Shown here: positions 1-13,700 of the stretch, piece after piece
How positions within the stretch are numbered: position 1 is the first letter of the stretch
Layout of the letters: every line of letters begins with the position of its first letter
Source: Phoronis australis
Lineage: Eukaryota; Animalia; Phoronida
Assembly: GCA_002633005.1 (NCBI GenBank)
Contig: NMRA01000352.1
Span: forward strand, 412,744 to 476,743
Reading direction: 5' to 3'
Length of the DNA: 64,000 bases
The notes under the pieces: model-generated
What the model was told of the DNA's origin: nothing
Seen by the model: the letters and a program-made list of their open reading frames with translations, nothing else
The model's database searches: none
Position numbers and translations under genes: made by a program

Positions 1-914
1 AGGAGGCACCACAGTAGTTGAAGTCACCGCAAAATCATCGTAATCCGTCCTCTTTGTAGTAAGAACATACATGCCAATTTTCACAATCATCCTTAGAGCG
101 GTTTGGTTGCTAGATTTAGGGTGCATGTCAAAAAACAGACTTGAAAACATTAAAAATGGCCACTAGATGGCGCAAACTAAGTCGAAGCCATCTCAAAATG
201 GCAGGATAGCGTCATCTCACTAATAGATGCCTATATGCCAAAATTACAGAATTACAAATTACATTGAGGACTGTTGAAAATACAGAGGTAAACGTAAAAA
301 ACTAAAATTGCCACTAGGGACACACCGCTAGTCAGATCTGTCCAAAATCCATTGTCGTCCGGAGTCAACATCATATAAATATAGTTGCTAAGTTTAGTAA
401 AGATCTTGCAAATGGTTTAGGAGATTCAGCCATGGGCACAAAAAAAACTGCCACTAAGAGGCGCCACACTAGTCCAAATCGTCAGAAAATTATCTTCAGC
501 CGCCCTCTTCATAGTAAGAACATACATGCCAATTTTTACAATCATCCTTAGAGCGGTTTGGTTGATAAAGGGTTGGACCCCAAAAAAACAGACTCGAAAA
601 CAGAAAAAAATGGCCACTAGATGGCGCAAACTATGTCAAATCCATCCAAAAACGGAAGGATAGTTTCATCTCCCTAATAGATGCCTATATGCCTAATCTT
701 ATGAAAATACGTTGAGGACCTTTGAAGATAAAATTGCCACTAGGAGGCACAACGGTAGTTGAATTCATCCGAAAGATCGCTCATGCCGTCCCGCCCATGA
801 CAGGAACATATGTGCAAAATTTTATGAACGTACGTCAAAGCGTTTCAGAGACAGAGCAGCGGACGTTGGATGGACAGAGATGACCTCATATATAAATATG
901 TGGGCGTATAAAAA
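1..914 (+). mobile_element. pearl/HINE-like (Helentron-associated) non-autonomous element, 3' part, with CTCF-motif tandem units
   Basis: Same ~145-bp units as 9694-11445; ends with a GGAC-type microsatellite and ATATGTGGGCGTATAAAAA. Confidence 0.7.
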
Positions 915-1399
915 GAAAGCCATGCATTCACTACCGTTAGCCCATGGTCATCTTAGATATGACCGTACAAAAAACTTTTAATGAAGCAGGCACCCTATTT
1001 TCTGATTATACAGTAAACTTTCTTCAAATTCAAACAAAAATAACTATCTAAAGTCCTTCCCAAATGGACAGTATATGTGTATCAATTTACTCTTCTCCGT
1101 CCAGCGTCCAAGTGAAAAGTTATCTCAGAAACTACCAATGGTCAATGCACTGGTTTGAGAGGAAGCATTTTTGTGACAGAGTTAGCCATCGTTTGAATGA
1201 AATTGATGAACCAAACTTCCACGCTAAAATGCATCCATATTACAAAGAAGAAAGAAAATACAGTCACATCAATTCATGATACTGAAGGCTAATAGTTTAT
1301 AAAAACGTGGATATTTTAAATTTGGGTTAAACATTTGAGACAGAGGGTGTGCTTCATTACAAAAAAAAAAACAGCAGTTGATCCTGCTTCTATATCATG

Positions 1400-1600
1400 T
1401 GCAGGGCTTGGAATGACCAATGACTAAAATAGGAAAATTTTCCAGGTGATGTATCGTTTCACAAATAAACAGGCTTGTGTGATAGAGGTATTTTTTGTGT
1501 TGTAAAGTTATCAGAAGTAAATGTTTAGCATGAATAAAGTAAAAATAATCATTATGATAAAAAGAGAAGAAACGAGGAAACTGGAAATCAAATAAAAACC
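1400..1600. mobile_element. hAT-like MITE family (CAGGGCTTGGAAT TIR), truncated copy
   Basis: Homologous to 25727-25946 and 32228-32461. Confidence 0.55.
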
Positions 1601-1655
1601 AAATCACGTCAGCCACTAACTTTGTCCGATAACACCTGAACAGTCAGTCATTTAC

Positions 1656-1756
1656 CTTTCTTCACTTCTTTGCTACAAATGTCAATGAATGGCTTTAACA
1701 CAGACATTGGTATACTCATGTTGACATGTGGGTAGGTGGCACCGGCAGTCGTGTCC
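1656..1756 (-). CDS. TYSND1: TYSND1 coding exon 7
   Basis: DTTAGATYPHVNMSIPMSVLKPFIDICSKEVKK, resembling vertebrate GATYPHLNFSIP; donor gtaaat. Confidence 0.85.
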
Positions 1757-4700
1757 CTATCATAAAAATAAATAAGTATGACACTGCATGCATCAACCTT
1801 GAATAATCCTCATTCGTAAAATTAATTAAACTAAAAGTACCCAATCTTTATTCAGTTAGGGCCAATATGATTCAAGCTCGGTCAATATTATTCAAGCTCG
1901 GACAATACTATTCAAGCATTGTCAATATTATCCAAGTTTGGCCACTATTATTCAAGTTTGGCTAATATTATTCAAGCTCGGCCAATATTACTCAAGCTCG
2001 ACCAATATCATTCAAGCTTGGCCAATACTGTTCAAGCTCGGCCAATATTGTTCAAGCTCGGCCAATATTGTTCAAGCTCAGCCAATATCATTTGAGCTCT
2101 GAAAGCATCATTCAAGCTAGGCCAATATTATTCAAGCTAAGTCAATATTATTCAAGCTCGACCAATCCTGTTCAAGCTCAGAAATTTTATTCAAGCTTGC
2201 TCTATATTACTCAAGCTCAGCCAATGTTATTCAAGATCAGCCAATATCATTCAAGCTTTTTTTGGGCCTGCCTTATTCAAAATTCCACACTAAGCTCGAA
2301 TAACCTTGCTGGCAATATGGCAGACGTATTTATTTTAGAGCACTTGTCGTGCTCCGCAAGACCTAGGTTGTCATGCCGAACAGACAATAGGAAACCAGAT
2401 TTAGTTTTCTAGCTCACAAGTCAGATTTAAGGAATCATAATTGGAATTTAAAGGTGCGACCGTGGAATCACTTTCATCCCCTGTAATATTTTATGAAACA
2501 AGAGCATTGATATGCACCCACCGAGTCCATCACATACAGCGTAGATACAAAAGATGATCATTATTTTAAGCCTATTTCCCACAAATGGTGCAATGCTAGA
2601 AATCTTAATAGCCTCTAGGAAGTGCAAAGCAAGTCGGAAATGCTCTCCTGAATAGGAGCACACCGGTCACCTTTCATAATGATACTTCATGAAGTTTGGA
2701 GGATAAGGAGGTAGACCGCAAAAGGACGCAAAACAACAGAAAGGCCACTAGGAGGTGCAACGTAAAATGGATCTGAAACACAGCCCATGCTGTTGTACAC
2801 TTTGATAGTTACTTATTTACCAAATTCCACGAGCATCCATCAAGGAACTTGGTAGATATCGAGACAAACAGAAGATCAGAATTGTCACTAGGCAAAAGCA
2901 AAATCTTTGAGTATTTCAAAATTGAAAATACTTATTTTACAATAATCTAAAATTTGAAGATTTTCGTAACAGATGGACCCCTATGATACTTTTACTTTAA
3001 GGCAGTTCATTTCTGAGTTGTAAATGACCCCCACCACAAGTGTGCATATACGTATGTATGTGATTCATGAATATTTTGCAAAGGAATGTGAGTGCACAAC
3101 GTTAATCAGATCCATCTGGCTACAAGTTTAAGTGACCAAACACAGAAAAAAAATACCACTAGGGGGTTTTACAGTAGTCATAGCCCTCTGAAAATCACCG
3201 TCAGCCGTCCTCTTCCTGGTATGAGCGTTGTGTATCAAGATTTATAATCACCTTTAGTGGTTTGGCTGATGGAGAGGCGAATGTAAAAAAGCGACTCGAA
3301 AACAGTAAAACAGCCACTAGGTGGCGCAGAATACGTCATCTCCTTAACAAATACCTATTTGCCAAATTTCAGGAAAATTCACCCAGAAACTTCAAAGATA
3401 AAAAAGTTACCACTGGAGGGTACACCGGCAGTCAGATCCGTCCCAAAATTCACTCATGCCGTCCCAACCTTTCACAAACATGCATCAAGGGGATTTGGAG
3501 TTACAGTAGCAGGCGACAGTCAGCTAGACAGGGACGGTGTTAAAATGCACCCACATAACAAGTGGAAGCACATAAAATGAAAAAAATTCACCCATCTGCC
3601 ACATTGTCTCCTAATTAGCGAGATTTCACCCTACTGTGTTTCAAGATGTAGTGAATACAGAACTAGTTATTGTCTACATGTAGGCTAAAACAGAGATTAG
3701 TATTCGTTGAAGAGTACCTTAAGGCTAAAGGGATTTCAAATTACTCAACCACAGCCATCATTAGTGTTAATTAGACACAAACTACAAATTGCGCAGCATG
3801 AAATTTCCAGAATCTCTAGCCCTCCAGGACGCAACAGGTTAATGAACGGAGATGAGTTCATTTCAAAATAAAGAATCATCAAGGATAGTGACCTATCTGT
3901 TGAAGAAACTTAGATTTATGAAACTGATGCGTTTTTTTGGGGTAACAATTGCCACAAAATTAAAGAATCTTTCTATTCTGTTTGTTTTAGATGAATTCAT
4001 ACTTCTCAGCATTAAACCTACAACTGAGTGATGACATGGTGATGACAGCTATCAAGTTATACTGAACTGTTGATAGTATAGATATTACCTTTGGACATCC
4101 CACTTTACACAAACGCCAGTGTCAAATTTACTTAAATTTGTGATCCTTGTAAAAACAAGTTATGTAATCAGGCACTTAACACTTCTTGTTTTCTATTATT
4201 ATGCTGTTGCCAAAATGGAGTGAGAGTTAATTTTGGTTTAATAATTGCTTCATCCTTATTTCATCTTACTTTGAAGTTGGCTATTTTTGACCCGCTGTAT
4301 GTTAACAGCAAGCCTCATCAACCTCCTCCCTAAAGAGTACATTTTGTACATTCAAGAAAATGGCGATACTTGCGAACTGTCCCATCAACTAAAACTTACA
4401 TGGTGTTACACACTAACATTCCAACAACACTTCCTTTTTCATCCACCAAAGGGCCTCCACTCATTCCAGCATGGACAGCACAGCTACTCTTCAAACAACA
4501 AATGCCACAAAATAGAATTCTAGCAACAAATTTGCACAATAAGCACTTAACATTTAACAACAATACTAAATAAGAAATCAGACCGAATGGCAATCTTCAG
4601 CCATACAACAGATATAGTAAACTGTGCCTTCGTATTTAACACAAAGATTCTTTATGCATTTGGATTTTTCCAGATTGTTTTAGATCTGGGCAAAACGCAC

Positions 4701-7700
4701 CTTTGTCAAAACACAGAGCAAGACAGAGTAACCGACACAGTAATGATGCACTCTGGAGTTTCACTGTTAATCTGCATAATGCAGAAATTCAGCAAATCTT
4801 CAGGTACATTTCTCCTACTTTTGTGACGACAAAAGCAAAATTCATCATTACACACAGAGACAAGGGGAAAGTCTAATGATAGCTTACACAATAACATTAA
4901 ACATCTCTTCTAACTGACCGTTGACTGTTGCAATCATTGAACATACTTATGAAAGTGAGGTTTTTTGTTTAGCTGTTATAACTGTCACAAAATTGATGAA
5001 TTCCTCCACAGGCTCTGGTTTTCTTATTTGGGCATGCAAAATTTGTTGAACACACAGCAATGTTCATGATTAATAACTTTCAACGATATTCGCTCAAGCT
5101 CTTAGCATCTTTTATGGTTGTTAGCAGCGCAACAATGAAGCAGAGGGTCAAGAAACACAACAAGACTAATCATGAACAAAGGCTAATGATGGGACTCCCT
5201 TCCTATGACGATTGTCTTATCTTTCACTCCCCGGAGTTTCTTACCACAACACAGTTCTTGTCTCATAATCAGACATAAGGCAAAGAGAGAGAGAACCCGA
5301 GCAGATATCGTTGAAAATAATAAACACTGTTGTGTGTTCAACAAATTCTGTCGACAAGAAGGGAATAATGCTGTCAAATTATTCAGATTTGGGTATGCAT
5401 GCACAAATGAATGAATACAGCGGTAATTGGCTTTATTCTTCGGTAATAAAATGACTAAGAACAGGACTGGGAAGTGTAATAGTTACCTGAACCATCACTG
5501 GCCAGTGCTCGTCACTCGGACATCGTACTTTACTAACATGACCACTTGTTACACTTGCTCCTAGTCGCTTACTTTCGTCGAACAATGAGAAACCAACAGC
5601 ATAAACTCTGTCACCTTCAAACAAGAAGAAACTCATTGATGAGTCAAATATCAGGTGAATTTCATGAGACACAATCGAGTACTTACAATAAATTCAACAG
5701 ATTTTCCACTATCAGTGTCTGCGGTCATCCTCATAATGATGGTCACGTGACAGAGTTCCTGCCTCATTTGGGCCACGCAATACGATCTCAAAAGAGGGTA
5801 CAGATCTACTTCATAGTTAATGACGCTGTCGCCCACATTCCCAGCTAATACCTGTATACGGCATATATTACATTGGTTTACATGACCCATGGCATGCGCG
5901 CACCTAGGCAATGACCATCGCCTCTGTTGGCCCGAACCAGAGGCGATGTAGAGGCTATAGGCGCTCTGTACGCCGGAAGCTTTTCGGCGAATTATGCCAC
6001 GTTGTTATAAATACCTTTTGCGCATAGAGGAACACCTTAGGAGGTTGTCGATGTGTTTAAGTCCTTCCAACTCGAACAAATACTCCCGTTATGAAACTTT
6101 TTCTTCGATCAGTCCCTATTTCAGTTCCCAAAATCGTGAAATCAAAATTTTTGTACTGCGCACGCTCCAACTTTTACCGCGGTGATGTGACTTCATAACC
6201 TCAATAATTTTTATATAGGCCAAAGGTGAGCCATTGCGGTCTTGTCAGTCAAATGTTCGTTTCCAAAATGCCACCACTTATACTTGTCTTTAATTGGCGT
6301 TACTTGAAACTTTTTGTATTTCAATGAATTATTGTTTGTATTTGATAAAAATAAATGCTGTTGATATGACATTTAAAAGTCTTTGTGCACATATTTGACA
6401 TTTTAATGATTAACAACACGGCTAATGCACGGCTGGTTCCCGGCAGCACGTACGCAAAGCGCGGGAACTTCAGCTTTCAAAGTTCGCCGGTAGGATCGCA
6501 ACTTCTGACCTTCGGCCTGGTTAAAAAAAATGAAAATTTTGATTTCACGATTTTGGGAACTGAAATAGGAACTGCTCGAAGAAAAAGTTTCATAACGGGA
6601 GTATTTGTTCGAGTTGGAAGGACTTAAACACATCGACAACCTCCTAAGGTGTTCGTCTATGCGCAAAAGGTAGTTATAACAACGTGACTTTGATGGTTTA
6701 GTCAGTGCGAGGCATAATTCGCCGAAAAGCTTCCGGCGTACAGAGCGCCTATAGCCTCTACATCGCCTCTGGTTCGGGCCAACAGAGGCGATGGTCATTG
6801 CCTAGCGCGCACCCAGCCTTTAAAATTGGGGGAGCTCAAATTTCTGACGATGTGGACCTTTGCTAACAAAAAAAGCATGAGGGCTTAAAAAACAGAGTAC
6901 CCACTTTGACAGCTTTGAAATGCACGTTTGTGCTCTTTAGTGGACTTTTGTCTCGTTTTCTCAGACTTTTTGTTTCTCTGAGGCAGACCTTTTTGCCCAC
7001 TTCGCCAAATGGGGGGCTCATTCCAGCCCCCAGAGCCCACCCAGGGTGCGCACATGCATGGGGACTTCACCACGTGACTGCATGTCCACCTAACAATTAT
7101 TCTGAAAATGATCACCATTGAAGCCTCCCCTACTCAAAATAACTCAACAAATTTTGAGCCATTAAGATCATTCAGACAAGCGCCCTTATTAAAATGCTCC
7201 GTTAGGCATACAAGTCAGACCTCCCCATTGTGTTGTACTCATCACAAAAATTCAATGGTGTTGCCTAATCCCCAACCAAAAAAGCCAAGTCATAAAACTT
7301 CAGATGCTATGCAATGCAGCTATTGAAAGGGCAACAGGTGTAATACAGTCAACATGACGATTTAGAACCTAATGAAACACTGGCAGTTGGAAACATGTGT
7401 TTCATGAAACTCACTTGATATAAGAAGAAGATAAATTTACAATGAGTAGCCTAATCAATTTCTATTATGGAACTGAAACAATTTAACCATGTTTTGCACG
7501 GGTAAAATCAGGCCTTTATCCAGGATTTCAAAAATAGGGTGTCCAAAATGGGGTTCCTAATATTCCAGGGCGTCCATAATTCCGACGCGTAACCCCCCAC
7601 CCCCAGCAGTCCCCCCAAACACACAGATTTTTTTACAAAAAAAAATGCATAGACCAACTTGAAGGTTTTTACATCTAAGTTTACAAAACAGCCTTCTGTA

Positions 7701-10700
7701 GTGGGCATGTTAATAAAAAAATTGGTGTAGACCAAGACTTTTACAATGCTATCAACCAAGTGTGAGCATAGCAACATTGTATATACTTTCCTATACATTG
7801 TATATTTGTTCCTGCTTTGAAAAAAAGAGTCCCCACTGAGCCTTCAGATGCTTCCTAGTAATCATTACAATGTGTGTGTCCAAACTTGAAAGGTTCCTAT
7901 TGACAATGGGCGTTCAAATGATACATTGGGCGTCCTTGCCAGAGCGACCATATTAGTGCTAGGGCGTCCAAATGGGTGTAAATTTGGACGCCCATGACGT
8001 AGGCTGCACAAAGGCCTGGGTAAAATGACCTTGTTTAGCATTTTCTAAAGAAAGTATGAAATAAATTTTCCTACAAGTAATGTTTAAAAAGAAAAATTAT
8101 AAATCCCAACACACCACAAGCGGAAGCCTTATAATTCACTATGTGCAGTGGATTATCCTCCATTTTTTGGTTAACCGTTTCTCCATATTTCATAATGATG
8201 GCAGATGGTGCTCATTAGCATATCAACCCGACTACTTTGTACCCTTCCGGTGATATGTCAATCAAGAGTAGTCAGTGTGGCCCAGTAGTATGAGGGTTTG
8301 AGTCCCACTGTGGCACGCTGCTAAACCTTTGAGTCAGGTCTCTTGCTCTTCAGCTTGGTTTTATCTATATCTTAATAAAGCATACTGTAAAAAAATGATT
8401 CCAGATCATTGGTGCAATGGGACCATTTAAGGGACCTGAGCACATCTGGTGCAATTATTTTTCTATTTTATACCAGATGAAGTGTTAATTTAAAGAAAAA
8501 CCTTCGTGTAAATCCCTCGGGGACAAGTCCACAGCATCACCAAATGTCCCATCGTGCATCTGAAGCACGGCCAGGTCGATGTTGGAGGAATCAGGACTCT
8601 TGAAGAGAACGTTAGAATTTCTCCAGATCATGCCAGCGTCGGGGCAGTGGAACCCAACTGCAAAAGGTTTTCTAGGTTAGTTACATAACAAGAACTAACT
8701 TTACATGTACAACGGGGTTAGGTCTCATTGTGCATCACTTAGGAAGTAACCTTTTAGCATTTCACTCCGGGTCTGAGCTCAGTTCAACAAGAGTAGGTTA
8801 TTTACACAACTGTTAAATAAGACCCAGCATGAGAACCTCTGCATGCCAGGTCACAGACAGTGGTGTTCTTCAATGGAACTATTTTAAAGCATGCAGAGAG
8901 TGTATGGGGTCCCATAACAAAAATCCAATTATTGAAGGACTCCTTTCCTTCTTTATTCGGGAAGTTGAATTTTTACATGCTCCTAAGATTTTCTGGAAAG
9001 CAGATGGTTACACAGCAAAGTCTTGTGACAATTTCAAAAATCACTCTAAAGCCCACGGCAATTAAACAAAATATAATAACAATAACTTTACACACATTTA
9101 TACAATTCCATGGGAATGTGTATCTTGTTTTAATATGGACATGTAGGCGTATCTTTGGCAAACGCGAGTCGATTTTGACCAAAAACATACTGTTGTGGTC
9201 GACATAAGAGAATTCAAACTTAACTATAAAAATGAAATGAGAAAAATGCAACAGTTGAAATAACTGAATGCTCAGGCACATTCCACTCACAGACAGCCAG
9301 ATGGCTTATCACTGGGGTAAACCAAACGATAAGTTGTTAATGAAAACAAACTGCTGCACACTTGTTAAGTGGCCATCTGCAGTAACCTACCCCAACTTAC
9401 GTATGCAGGACTTCAGACGCTGAGTGGAATGGTAAACCATCATTTTTCTTGTGTACGCCCACTGGAATGTGTGCACTTTCAAAATATTTCTAAAATATTA
9501 ATCTAACCTACCCAAGCACGTACCCTGAGGAGAGGCAAAACTCACAACATGTCGACACGTCAGAACCAGCTTGTCCGTTGCTAGGATACCAGATCCCCAA
9601 CTGCTGCCAATTTTAATGATGGGAGATAGGCTGAGAACTTTACGAAAGCCAGTATCTGGAAAGTAATTTGGGCAAAGTCACACAATATATCAAAACAAGA
9701 GCAACGCGGAGCCTTGCAATGCGCCCACGAATGCATTGCAAATGGTGTGTGCTTTTAGGGTTATTTGTGTCATAAAAATGGCCACTAGATGGCGCAAAAA
9801 TGTACAATCCATCCGAAAATGGGAACATGTCATAGTTTCTTTAATAGAAAGCTATTCACCAACTTTCATAGAAATCTGCCACAAAACTTCAGAGAAAAAA
9901 AGGAAAACAGAATAAAATGAAATTGCCACTAGGGGGCACAGTGTTCATTGGATCTGCCTGAAAGTCGTCATTGTCTTTTGTTAGTTTCAAATAAATACAC
10001 TTACTAAATTTAATAAAGATCCAGCAGTGGGTTTAGGAGATACAGCTATGGCCGCAAAACAAAAAAAAACTACCACTGGAGACCCCACAGTAGTCGTCAT
10101 CGTCAACCATCCTCTTCACGCAAAAAACATAAACGCCAATTTTCAAAACCATCCTTAGAATGATTTGGTTGATAGAGGGGCAGACACCAAAACAGACTCG
10201 AAAACAGAAAAAATGGCCTCCAGGTGGTGCAAAATACCTTGATTCTATCCAAAAACAGGAGGATAGCGTCATCTCACCAATAGATGCCTGTATTCAAAAT
10301 TTTATGAAAATCCGATGAGGACCCTTAAAGATACAGAGGTAAACGTAAAATATAAAATTTCCGTCAGGGGACACACCAGTAGTCAGATCCGTCCGAAAGT
10401 CATCATCGTTTTTCGTCAACATCATATAAATACACTTGTTAAATTTAGTAAAGATCTTGCAAACGGTTTAAGAGATGCAGCCATGGGCGCAAAAAAAACA
10501 AAACTGCCACTAGGAGGCGCCACGGTAGCTGAAGTCCTCGGAAAATCATAGTCAGCCGTCCACTTCATAGTAAAAAGTTAACATACATGCCAATTTTCAC
10601 TATAATCCTGAAAGTGATTTGCTTGATAGAGAGGTGGACGGTAAAAATGGCCACCAGGTGACGCAAACTAAGTCGAATCCATCTGAAAACGGAAAGATAG

Positions 10701-13700
10701 CGTCACCACACTAACAGAAGCCTGTACGCCAAAATTTTTGACAATACGTTGAGGACCTTTGAAGATACAGAGGTCAATGTAAAAAAATAAAATTGCCACC
10801 AGGGGACACACCAGTAGTCAAATCCGTCCGAAAGTCCTTGTCTTCCTTTGTCAGCATCATATAAATGCACTTAGTAAATTTAGTAAAGATCCTGCAGACG
10901 GTTTAGGAGATACAGCCATAGGCGCAAAAAAACAAAGCTGCCACTAGGAGGCACCACAGTCGTCGAAATCGTCGGAAAATCAACATCAGCCATCCTCTTC
11001 ATAGTAATAACTTACATGAAAGTTTCCACAATCATCCTTAGAGCAGTTTGGTTGATAGAGGGGTGGACGCCTAAAAACAGACTCGAAAACAGTAAAAGTG
11101 GCCAGTAAGTGGGGGAAATTATGTCGAATCTATCTGAAAACGGGAGGATAGCATCATCTCACTAACAGATGCCTACATGCCAATTTTTATGAAAATACGC
11201 TGAAGACCTTTGAAGATATGGAGGTAAGTATAACAAATAAAATTGCCACTAGGGGGCACACCGGTAGTCAGATCTGTCTGAAAGTTAGCTCATGCCGTCC
11301 CATCCATGAAAGGAATACATGTGCAAAATTTCATGAACATTCGTCTAATGGTTTTGGAGTTAGAGCAGCGGACGCCGGACGGACGCCGGACGCCGCCCGG
11401 ACAGACGGAGATGACGGCATAATGCGTCCACATAATGTGGGCTGTAGAAATTTAACAAAATTTTAATGCACAAAACTAATTATCATTCCAAGTAGCCATT
11501 TCTTTTCGACTTGGAACTGGTTAAATCTTGACAAAATTGGGACAGGCACTGTGCCACGCATGTTGTCGAAATCATGACAGCTTTATGTAGCAAGTCCATT
11601 CACAAAAAATATTGAAATTAAACTCTGACTTAAATTTAACAAATTCTACATTATGTATGACACTTAAGGACCAGTTGATAAACCTTGTAGTTACCATTAA
11701 AGCTGCATTTTGCCTTGTTCAGTGTGCTAAAAACGAAAATCCAGGCATTTTACTCTCATAAAATGGTGTCATAATAGGCCTTGCTATCAATGTTAGGATT
11801 CTATTGCTACTACCAACTCATGTCATATGTAACATCCACTTTTGAATTCGCAATTTTAAGGTTCCGAAAAAGATCAATTTTGGCAACAGTTTCTGTGCAA
11901 AATTGGTGAGATAAAATCTACCACCCCAGTAGTAACTATGCCCTACAGGGTTCTTCTTTCAACAAGGCGCGACACTCCTGTAAATAGCCCATCTGACTCT
12001 GAAGACTGCCCAAAATACTGGAGACTGAACACACGAGGCTGAGGCCAATCCATTCTTTGTTCTTCCAACAGAACGGAGCAATCACCATTCCCGCCAATCC
12101 CCTGAAAGTGAATCAAATATCAGTTTTAACTTAAATCCCCAATTTAAAGCGATATTGATGTCAAATTTGGGTTTAAAATATTGTCTTGCACTACCGATGT
12201 GTGTATTATTGGTACACAGGAAGTTTGTCCAGGCTCTATTTCATTACAACAGAAAAAGAAATGAAATAGCTCAGACCTATAAAATTGGAGTAACTTTACC
12301 AAACAGAAAAAGCAATAAGTCACTAAAAAACCATTACTATTGACATGGCTCGCCAACCCTTCCAAAACTGTGCTACAGGCAACCTTTCAGTTGCTTTTGG
12401 CAGCTGCAGAAACCAATTGTTTCATGGCAACAACAACTTTGACGTGAGAGCTTATTTCATGACTTTCATGTTAAGTCATAAGTACAAAAGAAATCCCACT
12501 TTGATCAAAAGTTAAATGAGATTGGGTTACTTCATAAACCAATCATCAGGAATGACCAGCACCTTAGTTTGAAAAATTATGTAGGACTCTAGAAAAAATT
12601 ACAAATTTGGCTAACTTTACAACAATATATAATCTCAGAAATGGCAGAAAGGGTTATTATAGAATTTTCTTATACTAGATGCTTTACAAAGGTCTCTAAA
12701 ATGCTGTTACAAATACTATTTTTATTTAATGTTCCACATTTGCCTGATGAGCTATCAAAAAAAAGAATATATGATTTTCATAAAAGTACTAAAATACTAA
12801 AAAAGATGCACAGTAGAAAAACGAAATATTTTAGACAGCTGTAACTGTGCGTGTTTTTGACGTTCCATCTCGAGCCTTTGTAACAAATGAAATTTAACGA
12901 TGTAAACTTAATGATACCGTTGTTTTGCTATGAATATACCTTTGTAATGGCTAAATTTTACTAAAACATGGTCAGGTGACCCAGTTAAAGAAAGATTGGG
13001 ATTAAAGTAAAAATCAGAGTCTGCTGGCTTCATACTTTCAGAAAATATTACACTTTTACGAACTAATTTTCTATGCTTTTGTAGATATAAGGCTAAATGT
13101 ACACAATTGTCACTAAGGTTACGTATAACCGTACTAATTACTTTGAAAGCATATTTCCTTGGGGAAATTCTTACGTTTTACCGGAGGCACTGTTGAAGTA
13201 CAGGGCACCGCCCTCGCTGCCAGGTACACACCTGGCGTCTGTGAAAATCACCTCACCGAAATCACCAGCAACGTTGCTAACAATTCCACGGCTAACAGAA
13301 TTCAGAAAAGTCCTGCAACACACACTTCCAAAAGGTGTCGCTACTATTGAAACACTATCACCTTTACACAGGACTGCCTGTAAGACAGAACTCGTATCCA
13401 CAACAACATGACCTTTCACTTTGATTAGAAGCAATTGTGAAACCAATAACTGTGTTAGATTTTCGCAAAGGGTTGATTCAGTCTCCTCTGATTGTCCTAC
13501 TTTATCATCAACATCTGAAAATTTCCACACATCTTTAGAATCGAATAGAGCTTTCAGAGTTGTATCGAATGCCTGGTTTTTAAACAAGCCTATGACTTCT
13601 CCGTCAATAATTTTCACTTGATTAGTTACATTCTGAGCATCACTACTAGAATGACAGGTTCTACTGACGAGGCAGTGAGAGGAGGTCATTGCTGCAGATT

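Noticed and set aside
1080-1125. Minus-strand ...RWTEKSKL as the TYSND1 terminal PTS1 exon
   Set aside because: SKL is followed by ATA rather than a stop, and I identified no convincing in-phase acceptor. The last exon is probably left of the window.
1860-2260. CRISPR-like periodicity, and ORF 2068..2412
   Set aside because: Contiguous 20-bp units with no unique spacers in a eukaryotic intron: a minisatellite. The ORF is a by-product.
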